Positions 25,671 through 34,357 of a stretch of 39,736 nt of DNA are shown piece after piece. Source of the DNA: Candidatus Avispirillum sp. (GTDB lineage Bacteria; Bacillota; Clostridia; Oscillospirales; CAG-272). Location: positions 1 to 39,736 of the forward strand of contig JAZQVW010000078.1 of the NCBI GenBank assembly GCA_045632025.1, written 5' to 3'. Every line of letters begins with the position of its first letter. Position 1 is the stretch's first letter. The position numbers and the translations under genes are program-made. Under the pieces are notes generated by a model that was given only the letters and a program-made list of their open reading frames with translations, searched no databases and was not told where the DNA came from.

Positions 25671-27887
25671 TTATGCTGCAAGCTCAGTTTCGGGAGAGGT
25701 TGTATCAATGATAGCCTCTGTTGTTGTTTCGATCTGAGTATCTGTTACTACGTCTGTAGTTTCCTCTCCGGGAACAGTTTCGCCATCAACAGTTGTTTCA
25801 ATAGTTGTGTCCTCTGTTGTTGTTTCCTCTGTATCAGCCTCGTTCTTCGCTGTGTTGGAGAAAAGACCTGTCAGCTGGTTTTCAGCATCAAACAGCGCAT
25901 TGTACTGAAGCGAGCTGTAAAGCTGAAGCTGGTGAGGAAGGTTCTTGGAGGTATATGAAAGCTCTGTGAACTGCATACTGTTATCGATCCAGCCTGCTGC
26001 TGTGAGCACGGGGATCTCCTTATTGAGCTGATGAATAAGCTCCATAAAGTCTGTCTTTTCAAGGCCTGCAAGCTCAAGAAGATATCCGGAAAGGAAGTTG
26101 ATGCTTGTTACGATTCTAACGTCGCTTTCAATATCGTTATTTGACCAGTACATATAAGGAACTACGTACTGAGCAAGACGTTCGCCTTCGCTTGATTCAT
26201 CTGTAAGGTTGAAATAGCCTGTACCGATATATGAGATGGAGGGCTGGTGGTCACCGTAGAAGCAGATGATAACCTCTTCATCCTGATGCTCAAAATAGCT
26301 GAGGAGATACTGAAGAGCAATATCGGAATTGTTGATGCAGGAGAGATATTCGTTAACCTTGGGCTTGTTTCTGTCTGTGAGCTTTACTGTGGGCTCAAAG
26401 CCTTCTGTTGTATATCCGCCGTGGTTCTGCATTGTTACAGCAAACGTGAAGAGACTTTCGTCGTTTTCCTTGCACTCTTCGTAGAGGCTGATGATCTTTT
26501 CATAAACAGCCATATCACTTACGTGGCCTCTGTACCAGTCAGTGTCCTTTGTAAGCTCGCCGAAGTCGGGCTTGAAATACGTTTCGTCAAAGCCGTAGTA
26601 GCTGTAAATTGAGTTTCTCTTCCAGTTTGTGGGATCCTCGGGATGCATACCTACTGTCTTGTAGCCTGCCTCGTTGAAGATATCAACAATACTGAAGGAG
26701 TTGGTTTCGTTGAGATAGAAGTTGTATGCAACTGTGCTGCGGGGGAGGAATGCCATGGACATACCTGTCAAAAACTCAAACTCAGAGTTCGCTGTGTTAC
26801 CACCGTACACGGATGCGATAGCGTGTCCCTTAACGATATTTGTTGCCTCGTCTGTGAGAGAATCAAAATAAGGTGTTACAGGGATATTTGTCTGCATCTC
26901 GTTGCCGAAATACTTTGCAATGTTGTGAACGTCAGAGAAGGTCTCGTTCATAATAACGATTACGTGGGGCTTCTTCTCCTCAGGTTCAACCTCGGGCTCT
27001 GTTGCATCGGGAGTTTCAACCTCGGACTCGGGGGGATCCTTCTGAAGAACTGCCTCAAGAGTTACGTCGGAGCTATCAACGGAATCATAGCCCTCAGGAG
27101 CAACGATTCTTGTTGCAGATGCGGAATAGATAGTGCTTACCCAGAAGCCGTTAAGCTCACTGCCTCTGTACTTCCAGTACTTATCTGTGATACCGAGAGC
27201 GCCGGAGAACGCCTGGTTGAATACGATCATGCCGCAGATGAATGCAACCGCGATGGGGGCTACGGAATAGATAACGTGTCTGAGGCTTCTCTTTGCCTTG
27301 GGCATTTTTGTTGCAAATACGAATGCAACAAGAAGAATGCCGCAAAGAATACCGATCTTTGTTTCGTTATAAAGCACGAACTCGTACTTGCCTGCAACAG
27401 CCATAGCTGTTCCGAAGGATGCAAGGTCGGAGAACTGGATCTCAAAGCTGCGGGACTGTACAACGAAATGGTCAACGATCGCCACGAGATATGTAAAGCC
27501 GAGAACGGAAAGGATGCTGGCCTTCATGCTTGCTGTTGCAAACCAAAGAAGGGATACAAGGCCATACATAATGGTAATATTCATAAAGAGCAGAAGACCG
27601 GACAGATTGTGAATACCACAGCTGATAGTCTGCTGCATAAGAATAAACAAAAGTGTTGTTATGCCATAAAGAAGAATGGTGCGCACAAGAAAGGGGAAAT
27701 TGTCAGTTAAACCGATGGGGAAAAGAAGAACTGCAAGCATTGCTGCTCCCCAACCGATTGCGGACAAGGGGCTGCATCCGGAAAATACTGCAGAGCCGAT
27801 TGCAAATACTACTGCAAGAACACCGGAAATGATCAGACGACGGAGGCTATAGTTCTTTATTACGAACCAAGACTTAATATAATCCAT
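25671..27887 (-). CDS. LTA synthase-family (sulfatase-domain) membrane protein with Thr/Glu-rich C-terminal tail
   Basis: 738 aa with a multi-TM N-terminal half. The extracytoplasmic sulfatase-like domain carries VIVIMNETFSD, GGNTANSEFEFLTG and FYGDHQPS. The tail is low-complexity TEETTTEDTTIETT. Confidence 0.8.
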   Translation of the reverse strand: MDYIKSWFVIKNYSLRRLIISGVLAVVFAIGSAVFSGCSPLSAIGWGAAMLAVLLFPIGLTDNFPFLVRTILLYGITTLLFILMQQTISCGIHNLSGLLLFMNITIMYGLVSLLWFATASMKASILSVLGFTYLVAIVDHFVVQSRSFEIQFSDLASFGTAMAVAGKYEFVLYNETKIGILCGILLVAFVFATKMPKAKRSLRHVIYSVAPIAVAFICGMIVFNQAFSGALGITDKYWKYRGSELNGFWVSTIYSASATRIVAPEGYDSVDSSDVTLEAVLQKDPPESEVETPDATEPEVEPEEKKPHVIVIMNETFSDVHNIAKYFGNEMQTNIPVTPYFDSLTDEATNIVKGHAIASVYGGNTANSEFEFLTGMSMAFLPRSTVAYNFYLNETNSFSIVDIFNEAGYKTVGMHPEDPTNWKRNSIYSYYGFDETYFKPDFGELTKDTDWYRGHVSDMAVYEKIISLYEECKENDESLFTFAVTMQNHGGYTTEGFEPTVKLTDRNKPKVNEYLSCINNSDIALQYLLSYFEHQDEEVIICFYGDHQPSISYIGTGYFNLTDESSEGERLAQYVVPYMYWSNNDIESDVRIVTSINFLSGYLLELAGLEKTDFMELIHQLNKEIPVLTAAGWIDNSMQFTELSYTSKNLPHQLQLYSSLQYNALFDAENQLTGLFSNTAKNEADTEETTTEDTTIETTVDGETVPGEETTDVVTDTQIETTTEAIIDTTSPETELAA

Positions 27888-28084
27888 TTTCCACGTTTTC
27901 CTTTTACAAATTTAATGCCCAAACTCAGGCACTATACATTATATAATATAAATGTGAACATATCAATAACAAATTCCGAAATCAGCGCCGAATCTTCTAC
28001 CAATTTACATTAAAGAGACTGCGTTTTTTTGTGCATCTTTAACGTCTTTTAACCCCCATCAGCCCGGACGAAAGTTATTTAATA

Positions 28085-28113
28085 TTGCAAATCGGCTTGC
28101 TTTATGGTATAAT
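28085..28113 (+). promoter_or_regulatory. Sigma-A promoter for the PIG-L-family gene
   Basis: ttgcaa, 17-nt spacer, extended -10 tgg-tataat. Confidence 0.6.
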
Positions 28114-28150
28114 ATGAACGTAATTGATCACGTTTTAAAAGGATTGGATT

Positions 28151-29623
28151 ATGAAAAAACTTACTAAAGCGCTTATTGGTCTGCTGGCATCAGCTCTTAT
28201 TGCAGGCGCCATACCAATTTCCGCCACCGAAGCTTCAGGCGAGGCAAAGGATCTGACCCCATCCTCCTTTGGCTCTGCACTGCACGATCTCTCCGCTTCT
28301 ACATATGAAAGCCTCACAGAATTTACGATCACAGCAAACGAAAACGTAAGGTCCTTATATATCGTTTTCAGAAAAACTCCTCTCGGATTCACCGTTACCT
28401 GCGGTGAGGAAAGCGTTTACTTTGAGGGGAAATTCCTTCAGTACTATGCCGACCTGTCTGACAAGTTCAGCGGAGAAACAAAGGAGCTCACCGTCACTCT
28501 TGACGACGGAGTTTCAATCTCCGAAATATACGCCTTTGGAGAGGGCGAGCTGCCCGAATTCGTTCACAAATGGGATTCCCCTCACGAGAAGGCAGACCTG
28601 CTTCTTATGTCCACTCACGCGGACGACGAGCATCTCTTCTTCGCAGGTATCCTTCCCTATTACGCAGGCGAGCTTGGCTACAGAGTTCAGGTTGCATATT
28701 TCACCGACCATAAAAACGAGCCCGGCAGACGCCACGAGCTTCTCAACGGACTTTGGGAGGTTGGAATTCGCAATTATCCCGTTATAAGCGAATACAACGA
28801 CGTTCATTCAACAACTAAAGAGGACGCTCTTGCCAACGTTGAAAAAGAGGGCTTCACAGAGGATCATATCATTGCTTATCAGACAATGCTGCTTCGCCGA
28901 TTTAAGCCTCTCGTTGTTGTTGGCCACGATATTAACGGCGAATACGGACACGGCCAGCATATGCTCAATACAGATACTCTTATAAAGGCAATTACCGCCG
29001 CAGCTGACGAAAATGCTTATCCCGACACTGCCGCAGGTCTTGGCATCTGGGACACTCCCAAGCTTTATATCCATCTGTACGAGGAAAATCAAATAACCCT
29101 CAACTGGGATACACCCCTTGAAAAGTTTGATGGCAAAACAGCCTTTCAGATCTCTCAAAAGGGCTTTGATTGGCACAAGTCTCAGCATAACACCTGGTTT
29201 AAAACCTGGCTCAACGGCAAAAGCGGAGCAAACACCGCAGCTGCAAATATAAATCAGCACTCTCCCTGCCTCTTCGGCTTATACAGAACAACTGTTGGCG
29301 AGGACGTGGCAAAGAACGATTTCTTTGAAAACGTTACCATCTACGCCGAGCAGGAAAGAATAGCCGCCGAGGAGGAAGCAAAGCGCCAGGAGGAGGAAGA
29401 AAAACTCCGTCAGGAGGAGGAAAGCCGCAAGGCAGCCGAGGAGGAATCCAAAAAACTTGAAGCGGAATCCACAGAAGCCCCCGAAGCAACGGAAGAAACA
29501 AAGAAAGCTCCCAAGGTCCATCCCGATATTATTTTCGCTTTAGTCGTTGTGGTCGGCATCGCAATAACTGCTGTTCTCACAGTTGCTTTTATGAAAAAGC
29601 ACGCTAAGCCTAAAAAGAAATAA
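28151..29623 (+). CDS. Exported PIG-L/LmbE-family deacetylase with C-terminal E/K-rich region and TM anchor
   Basis: Signal peptide MKKLTKALIGLLASALIAGAIPISA, and LLLMSTHADDEHLFFAG (the AHPDDE-type motif). The C-terminus has EEEAKRQEEEEKLRQEEESRKAAEEE, then IIFALVVVVGIAITAVLTVAFM. Confidence 0.75.
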   Translation: MKKLTKALIGLLASALIAGAIPISATEASGEAKDLTPSSFGSALHDLSASTYESLTEFTITANENVRSLYIVFRKTPLGFTVTCGEESVYFEGKFLQYYADLSDKFSGETKELTVTLDDGVSISEIYAFGEGELPEFVHKWDSPHEKADLLLMSTHADDEHLFFAGILPYYAGELGYRVQVAYFTDHKNEPGRRHELLNGLWEVGIRNYPVISEYNDVHSTTKEDALANVEKEGFTEDHIIAYQTMLLRRFKPLVVVGHDINGEYGHGQHMLNTDTLIKAITAAADENAYPDTAAGLGIWDTPKLYIHLYEENQITLNWDTPLEKFDGKTAFQISQKGFDWHKSQHNTWFKTWLNGKSGANTAAANINQHSPCLFGLYRTTVGEDVAKNDFFENVTIYAEQERIAAEEEAKRQEEEEKLRQEEESRKAAEEESKKLEAESTEAPEATEETKKAPKVHPDIIFALVVVVGIAITAVLTVAFMKKHAKPKKK

Positions 29624-29657
29624 AAAAATCCTGCAACGCAAGTTGCAGGATTTTTAT
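29622..29657. terminator. Bidirectional terminator
   Basis: Stem atcctgcaac-gcaa-gttgcaggat, flanked by aaaaaaa and ttttta. Confidence 0.85.
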
Positions 29658-29668
29658 CTCTATTTAAC

Positions 29669-30625
29669 TTAGAACTGCTTAAGAAGATCAAGAACTGTTT
29701 CAAGCTCCTCGGGCTTAACAACGTCTGCCTTCTTATTCTCAAGAACGCAATTTGTGAAATAGCTGATTTCTTCAAAATATGCGTCTGTTGCAGGAAGGTT
29801 GATGCATTCGCCTTCAGCATCAGCTTCGCCGCTCTTAACCTCAAATGCCTGTCCGCCTACGGGGAAGATTGTCAGCTTGCCATCCTTGAATTCCACAACT
29901 GCCTTTTCAAAGGACATACGATAGTCTGCTGTGAAGGGGCAGGGACCGTTATACCAGCAAGAGTCTGCTGTGATAAAGAGGCCGCCGTCAAATTCATAGG
30001 TTGCATTGATGATATCGTGATCCTCAAAACGAGCACGGTGTGTAATGCAATTTGTGGGCTTGCCAAGTGTGTAAACAAGGTAGTCAAGATCGTGGATATG
30101 AAGGTCGAAGGGAACGAGACCGCTGCACTCTTCCTTCTTCATCCAGTTTTCCCAGCTCCAGCCGGGTGTGCCGCCAAGGCGGTTCATATGTCCGCAAAGG
30201 AGCTTGCCGTATGTTCCGTTATCAATAGCGTCCTTAAGAACTACGTATTCGGGCCAGAAACGAAGCACGTGAGCGATCATAAACTTAACGTTATTCTTCT
30301 CAGCTGTTTCGTATACTCTCTTAACGTCTTCCTTCTTAAGAGAAATGGGCTTCTCGCAAAGAACGTTGATTCCGCGCTCCATAGCCTTGATGGAATATTC
30401 TGCGTGAAGGAATGTGGGAAGGCAGATATCAAGAATATCGATCTCTTCCTTTTCAAACATTTCCTCTGCGTCTGTATACTGTCTTGCGCCTGTGCCTGCG
30501 AATCTTTCCATTCTGTCAGGCTGAACGTCACAAATCGCTACAAGCTCAACCTCGGGGAGTCTGAGCCATCCGGGAATATGCGCACCGCTTATTCCGCCTG
30601 TTCCAAGTACTGCAACTTTTAACAT
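29669..30625 (-). CDS. Gfo/Idh/MocA-family NAD(P)-dependent oxidoreductase
   Basis: N-terminal Rossmann segment MLKVAVLGTGGISGAH and the EKP motif (LCEKPISL). Confidence 0.85.
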   Translation of the reverse strand: MLKVAVLGTGGISGAHIPGWLRLPEVELVAICDVQPDRMERFAGTGARQYTDAEEMFEKEEIDILDICLPTFLHAEYSIKAMERGINVLCEKPISLKKEDVKRVYETAEKNNVKFMIAHVLRFWPEYVVLKDAIDNGTYGKLLCGHMNRLGGTPGWSWENWMKKEECSGLVPFDLHIHDLDYLVYTLGKPTNCITHRARFEDHDIINATYEFDGGLFITADSCWYNGPCPFTADYRMSFEKAVVEFKDGKLTIFPVGGQAFEVKSGEADAEGECINLPATDAYFEEISYFTNCVLENKKADVVKPEELETVLDLLKQF

Positions 30626-30636
30626 ATTATATCTCC

Positions 30637-31464
30637 TTAAAACTCGGCAATAACGCTCTCAAGAAGAGCCTTTGCCTCAAGAATGTCAATATTCTGCTGC
30701 TCACCAGAGATCTCGCGCTCGATGATAACAGGTCCGTCGTATCCGATAGAATGCATCTTACGGAGGAATTCGGGAAGATTTGCCTTACCTGTGCCGATCT
30801 TAACCTCTTCGCCAAGGTCGCGACCGTTTGTGGGGTAAAGACCGTCCTTTGCGTGGATATTCTTGATGTGCTTACCGATAACGTCGATCGCGTCAACGGG
30901 GTTTGCCTTACCGTAAAGGATAACGTTACCTGTATCGAAGTTTACGCCAAGGTTGTCCATTCCAACGTCCTCAAATGCACGAAGCATTGCAACGGGAGTT
31001 TCCTGACCTGTTTCGAAAAGAAGACCCTGTCCGTTTTCCTTACAGTGAACCGCAACAGCCTTAACCGCTTCAATAAAGCCTGCATAAAGAGGATCGTTGG
31101 GGTTTTCGGGGATGAAGCCCATATGTGTTACAACGTCCTTTACTCCAAGCTTGAGAGCAAAATCCGCGCCATCGCAAAGATTCTTGATTCTCATCTCGCG
31201 ATGCTCGGGGGGAACAAGACCGAGAGTCTGCTGGCCTTCATAGAAATTCCAAACGCAAGGACCTTCCCATCCGCACCAAAATGCTGTTATTTCAACATTC
31301 AGCTTCTCTGCTGCCGCCTTGATCTTTGCAGCCTCTTCATCTGTCCATTTCTGAGGGATCCAGGAAACAAGCTGGCAATGATGAAAACCGTTGTTCACGA
31401 TATCAGCAAACTGCTGCTCTATATCTCTGTCCCAGGAATGATTTACGCATACACCTACGTACAT
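30637..31464 (-). CDS. Sugar phosphate isomerase/epimerase (xylose-isomerase-like TIM barrel)
   Basis: 275 aa. Typical AP-endonuclease-2/TIM-barrel pattern (..THMGF.., LLFETGQE, NFDTGN, HAKD, IIERE). Confidence 0.8.
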   Translation of the reverse strand: MYVGVCVNHSWDRDIEQQFADIVNNGFHHCQLVSWIPQKWTDEEAAKIKAAAEKLNVEITAFWCGWEGPCVWNFYEGQQTLGLVPPEHREMRIKNLCDGADFALKLGVKDVVTHMGFIPENPNDPLYAGFIEAVKAVAVHCKENGQGLLFETGQETPVAMLRAFEDVGMDNLGVNFDTGNVILYGKANPVDAIDVIGKHIKNIHAKDGLYPTNGRDLGEEVKIGTGKANLPEFLRKMHSIGYDGPVIIEREISGEQQNIDILEAKALLESVIAEF

Positions 31465-31583
31465 AAACTTTTACCTCCGTTTGTATTGCATTGGTTATAG
31501 TTTTATGATACACTAAAATTATGATATTTCAATACCAAATAATGCTCTATTTTAGCATTATTTTGACTTTTCAAGGTGAAATT

Positions 31584-32423
31584 ATGCAAAACAGCTTTAA
31601 AGAACTTGAACCCGTTAATTACGACCGCGCAACTGCCGCCGTTCTGAAGTTTTACAAGCCCCCCTACGTTCACTGCTTCCCTCTTCATTGGCACGACAGA
31701 ATAGAGATACTCCGCGTGGACAAGGGCGAAATGACAGTTACCTGCGGAAGCAATGAATTTACAGTTAAAGAAAACGAAATTGCGCTTATAAACTCAAAAG
31801 AGATCCACACTGCCTCCACCTTTAATCGCGAAGTTCAATACACCTGCATCATGTTTGAGCTTGGACATTTGATGAACAACCGCTATTACGGTCAGAATTA
31901 TTTCAAGCCTCTGCTTTTCAGACAGCTGCACTTTAAAAACCACATCTGCGATGAAAGCATCAATATGATCCTTAACAAGCTGGTTGAGGCATATGAACTC
32001 AATAACACAACAACTGCACTCCGAGTTGACGCCGCCATCCTTATGCTGATGACGAGACTTATTGAGGACTACATCAACACCGAGCCCGAGCTATCTCCCA
32101 AACACTCTGACAACAGATTCACCGAGGTGCTTGACTTTCTTGACGTCCACTTCACTGAGAACATTTCCATCTCCGAGCTTGCCCAGAGATTCGGATACAA
32201 CAAGTCATACTTCTGCAGAAAGTTCAAGACGGAAACCGGCATCACCTGCATTGAATACATCAACGCCCTGCGCCTTGACTACGCCGCAATTATGCTTAAG
32301 GGTACCCCCTACTCCATCAGCGAGATCTCCGAAAAATGCGGATATCCCGACCCCAACTATTTCTCCCGCTGCTTTAAGGAGAAATACGGCATCAGCCCCG
32401 GAGAATACAAGAAAAGCAAATAA
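31584..32423 (+). CDS. AraC-family transcriptional regulator (cupin N-terminus, HTH C-terminus)
   Basis: C-terminal ISELAQRFGYNKSYFCRKFK...YPDPNYFSRCFKEKYGISPGEY. The ATG at 31584 has SD aaggtga. It is divergent from the isomerase/oxidoreductase pair. Confidence 0.88.
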   Translation: MQNSFKELEPVNYDRATAAVLKFYKPPYVHCFPLHWHDRIEILRVDKGEMTVTCGSNEFTVKENEIALINSKEIHTASTFNREVQYTCIMFELGHLMNNRYYGQNYFKPLLFRQLHFKNHICDESINMILNKLVEAYELNNTTTALRVDAAILMLMTRLIEDYINTEPELSPKHSDNRFTEVLDFLDVHFTENISISELAQRFGYNKSYFCRKFKTETGITCIEYINALRLDYAAIMLKGTPYSISEISEKCGYPDPNYFSRCFKEKYGISPGEYKKSK

Positions 32424-32426
32424 ATA

Positions 32427-32460
32427 AGAGCTTACCGAAAATCGGTAAGCTCTTTGTTTT
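32427..32460. terminator. Bidirectional terminator between the araC-family gene and marR
   Basis: Stem agagcttaccg-aaaat-cggtaagctct followed by ttgtttt. Confidence 0.85.
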
Positions 32461-32910
32461 TTATTTTACAAAAGGAAGTCCCTTATCGCTTGCGCCGCGA
32501 AGATTTTCCGCAATAACGTTCAGCGCGTAATACATAGTTTCCTTCTGCTCATCGGAAAGCCCCTTTCCGCCAACCTCAACTGCAACCTTTGCACGCTCAC
32601 CGATATAATCGGCAATCCTTCTGCCCTCATCGGTCAATCTGAGCTTAGCTCTGTAGGATGCGCCCTCGCGTACAACGAGACCGTGCTCCTCCATTGCAGA
32701 CATTGCACGGGAAACGTCCGCCTTGTTTCTGCTGGTTATCTCACAAAGCTCTGTTGAGGTGATTCCGTTGTCATAACGGTTCAGCGCCATAAGATAGATG
32801 GCATAGGGCCCCTTTAGGCCGCATTTTTCCATTTCATCTGCTGCAATTGAATGTAAATATTTATGTATTTCCGATATGGAATATGAAAGTCGTTCATATC
32901 TGGTGATCAT
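32461..32910 (-). CDS. MarR-family transcriptional regulator
   Basis: 149 aa with a winged-helix segment (ITSTELCEITSRNKADVSRAMSAMEEHGLVVRE). The ATG at 32910 with SD ggagg is preferred over the track start at 33009. Confidence 0.85.
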   Translation of the reverse strand: MITRYERLSYSISEIHKYLHSIAADEMEKCGLKGPYAIYLMALNRYDNGITSTELCEITSRNKADVSRAMSAMEEHGLVVREGASYRAKLRLTDEGRRIADYIGERAKVAVEVGGKGLSDEQKETMYYALNVIAENLRGASDKGLPFVK

Positions 32911-32944
32911 ATGCGCCTCCGGGATAATTGAGTTTAACGCATTG

Positions 32945-32973
32945 ATTATAACACCCGAATGTTGATTTGTCAA
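32945..32973 (-). promoter_or_regulatory. Consensus sigma-A promoter for marR, with a palindrome overlapping the -35
   Basis: On the minus strand: ttgaca, 17-nt spacer, tataat. The palindrome gttga-tttg-tcaac at 32961-32974 is a candidate autoregulatory operator. Confidence 0.65.
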
Positions 32974-33099
32974 CATCTCCGAGGCAAAAAAATAAGGCGC
33001 TCTTGGCACCCAACATAATTATTATACCAAAAAGCAATACAAAAAGTCAATTCGTAAATTGAATAAATTGTTTTTGTGAATTTTGTACAAAGTTCCGTC

Positions 33100-33128
33100 T
33101 TGCAAAAGCTATTTCTTTGTGCTATACT
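33100..33128 (+). promoter_or_regulatory. Sigma-A promoter divergent from marR, driving a unit with no long ORF
   Basis: ttgcaa, 17-nt spacer, tatact. Confidence 0.55.
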
Positions 33129-33138
33129 AAAGACACAG

Positions 33139-33218
33139 AAAGGAAGGTACAAACCAATGTACTAAAAAACACTTACCGATTTTAATTCTATAAAGGAAGG
33201 TACAATCCCATGTACTAA
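33139..33218 (+). repeat. Two 27-nt direct repeats, each SD + ATG-TAC-TAA with a GTACA-N6-TGTAC palindrome
   Basis: aaaggaaggtacaaaccaatgtactaa (33139-33165) and aaaggaaggtacaatcccatgtactaa (33192-33218). They differ at 2 positions and have a 53-nt period. Confidence 0.85.
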
Positions 33219-33453
33219 TTAAATCCAAGGTTTTGATTCAGTGATCATCCAAAAGCTTATTAATAATTAGCCGTTAATGTAGCATTAGAGAGTTGGATAG
33301 TCGAAGTCAGTAATTGAAGTTTTCACAAAAAAATTTATTTATATATATATTTGTAAACACGATAGATGAAAGCTTTTGTATGATGTATGAAGATCAAAAC
33401 AAAGTGTTAAAAGCCTCTGTAAAGTTTAATTTGGAGAAAGGTAGGATACTCAA

Positions 33454-33486
33454 ATGATGTTAGATACAAAGAGTGAACAGAGATAA
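33454..33486 (+). other. Candidate 10-codon small ORF (MMLDTKSEQR) abutting a terminator
   Basis: SD-like ggagaaaggtagg lies upstream, and the stop codon overlaps the terminator stem. No conservation evidence is available. Confidence 0.2.
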
Positions 33487-33540
33487 CCCTTGATCGTATC
33501 GGAAGAGAAACGGTATCGGTCAAGGGTTATTTCTTTTTTG
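33485..33540 (+). terminator. Strong rho-independent terminator ending the marR-divergent unit
   Basis: Long stem aacccttgatcg../..cggtcaagggtt followed by atttctttttt. A second weaker hairpin plus T-run lies at about 33550-33571. Confidence 0.8.
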
Positions 33541-33621
33541 TTCCCTTTTAGTCCCTCACGGGGCTTTTTTGTTTTCCGGAACAATTTATCGTATCTGACA
33601 TTTCAATTTTACGCTCAGCAT

Positions 33622-33651
33622 AAAAAAAGGCACCCGAAGGGTGCCTTTTTA
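33622..33651. terminator. Bidirectional terminator downstream of the zinc-ribbon gene pair
   Basis: Stem aaggcaccc-gaa-gggtgcctt, flanked by aaaaaaa and ttt. Confidence 0.85.
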
Positions 33652-33656
33652 TCTAA

Positions 33657-33971
33657 TCAATATGCGCTGAACATAAGAGCGGCGATCCATGCGCTGAAAG
33701 CTGTTCCGACAACAGACAGCACAATGTTGGTGATAAAGCCAACGAGAGCGCCAACGCCTGCTCTCTTTGCCTTTGCAGGCTCGTCATTCTTCCATACAAG
33801 CCAGAGAATGAGGCCTACGAGGGGGAAGAAGAATCCCAGAACTGCCCATCCGAAGCTTGCTTTCTTCTCTTCTGCCTTTACAGGAGAAGAATCCGCAACG
33901 CTTGTTCCGCAGGATGCGCAAACAACTGCTGTATCCTCAATCTGTGTTCCGCAATGCTTACAAAAAGCCAT
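33657..33971 (-). CDS. Zinc-ribbon membrane protein (paralog 2)
   Basis: N-terminal CKHCGTQIEDTAVVCASCG followed by two TM helices. It shares FGW.VLGFF.PLVGLIL.LVW with the upstream paralog. Confidence 0.75.
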   Translation of the reverse strand: MAFCKHCGTQIEDTAVVCASCGTSVADSSPVKAEEKKASFGWAVLGFFFPLVGLILWLVWKNDEPAKAKRAGVGALVGFITNIVLSVVGTAFSAWIAALMFSAY

Positions 33972-33993
33972 AATATACCTCCCTATTTATATT

Positions 33994-34326
33994 TTACCAC
34001 GCAAGAGCCGCGGCAGGTATACCTATCGCAAAAACGACCATAAGTATAATTGCAAATATGTACAACGCCACAGCCGAGGCAACGCTTACAAGCGCGCCGA
34101 TTCCTGCGCTCTTTGATCTCTTTGGATAGTCCTTCATCCAAACAAGATAGAGGATGAGGCCAACCAACGGGATGAAGAATCCGAGGACGCCCCAGCCAAA
34201 GGTCGGGCCCTCATCAGTGGGGATCGTTTTTAACTTGTTGATCTCAGATCCGACAGCCTCTCCGCAGCTTGCGCAAAAGGAAGCATTGTCCTGAAGCTGA
34301 GCTCCGCATTTAGTACAATATGCCAT
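33994..34326 (-). CDS. Zinc-ribbon membrane protein (paralog 1)
   Basis: N-terminal CTKCGAQLQDNASFCASCG followed by two TM helices. Tandem with 33657..33971. Confidence 0.75.
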   Translation of the reverse strand: MAYCTKCGAQLQDNASFCASCGEAVGSEINKLKTIPTDEGPTFGWGVLGFFIPLVGLILYLVWMKDYPKRSKSAGIGALVSVASAVALYIFAIILMVVFAIGIPAAALAW

Positions 34327-34357
34327 AGCGTCCTCCTTTTATAAATTTAAAATCAGT

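Noticed and set aside
33021-33050. A second consensus-like minus-strand promoter (ttgact, 18-nt spacer, tataat) ~110 nt upstream of the proximal marR promoter.
   Set aside because: It is plausible but redundant with the better-placed proximal promoter at 32945-32973. In an AT-rich spacer such matches arise easily, so it is not listed as a feature.
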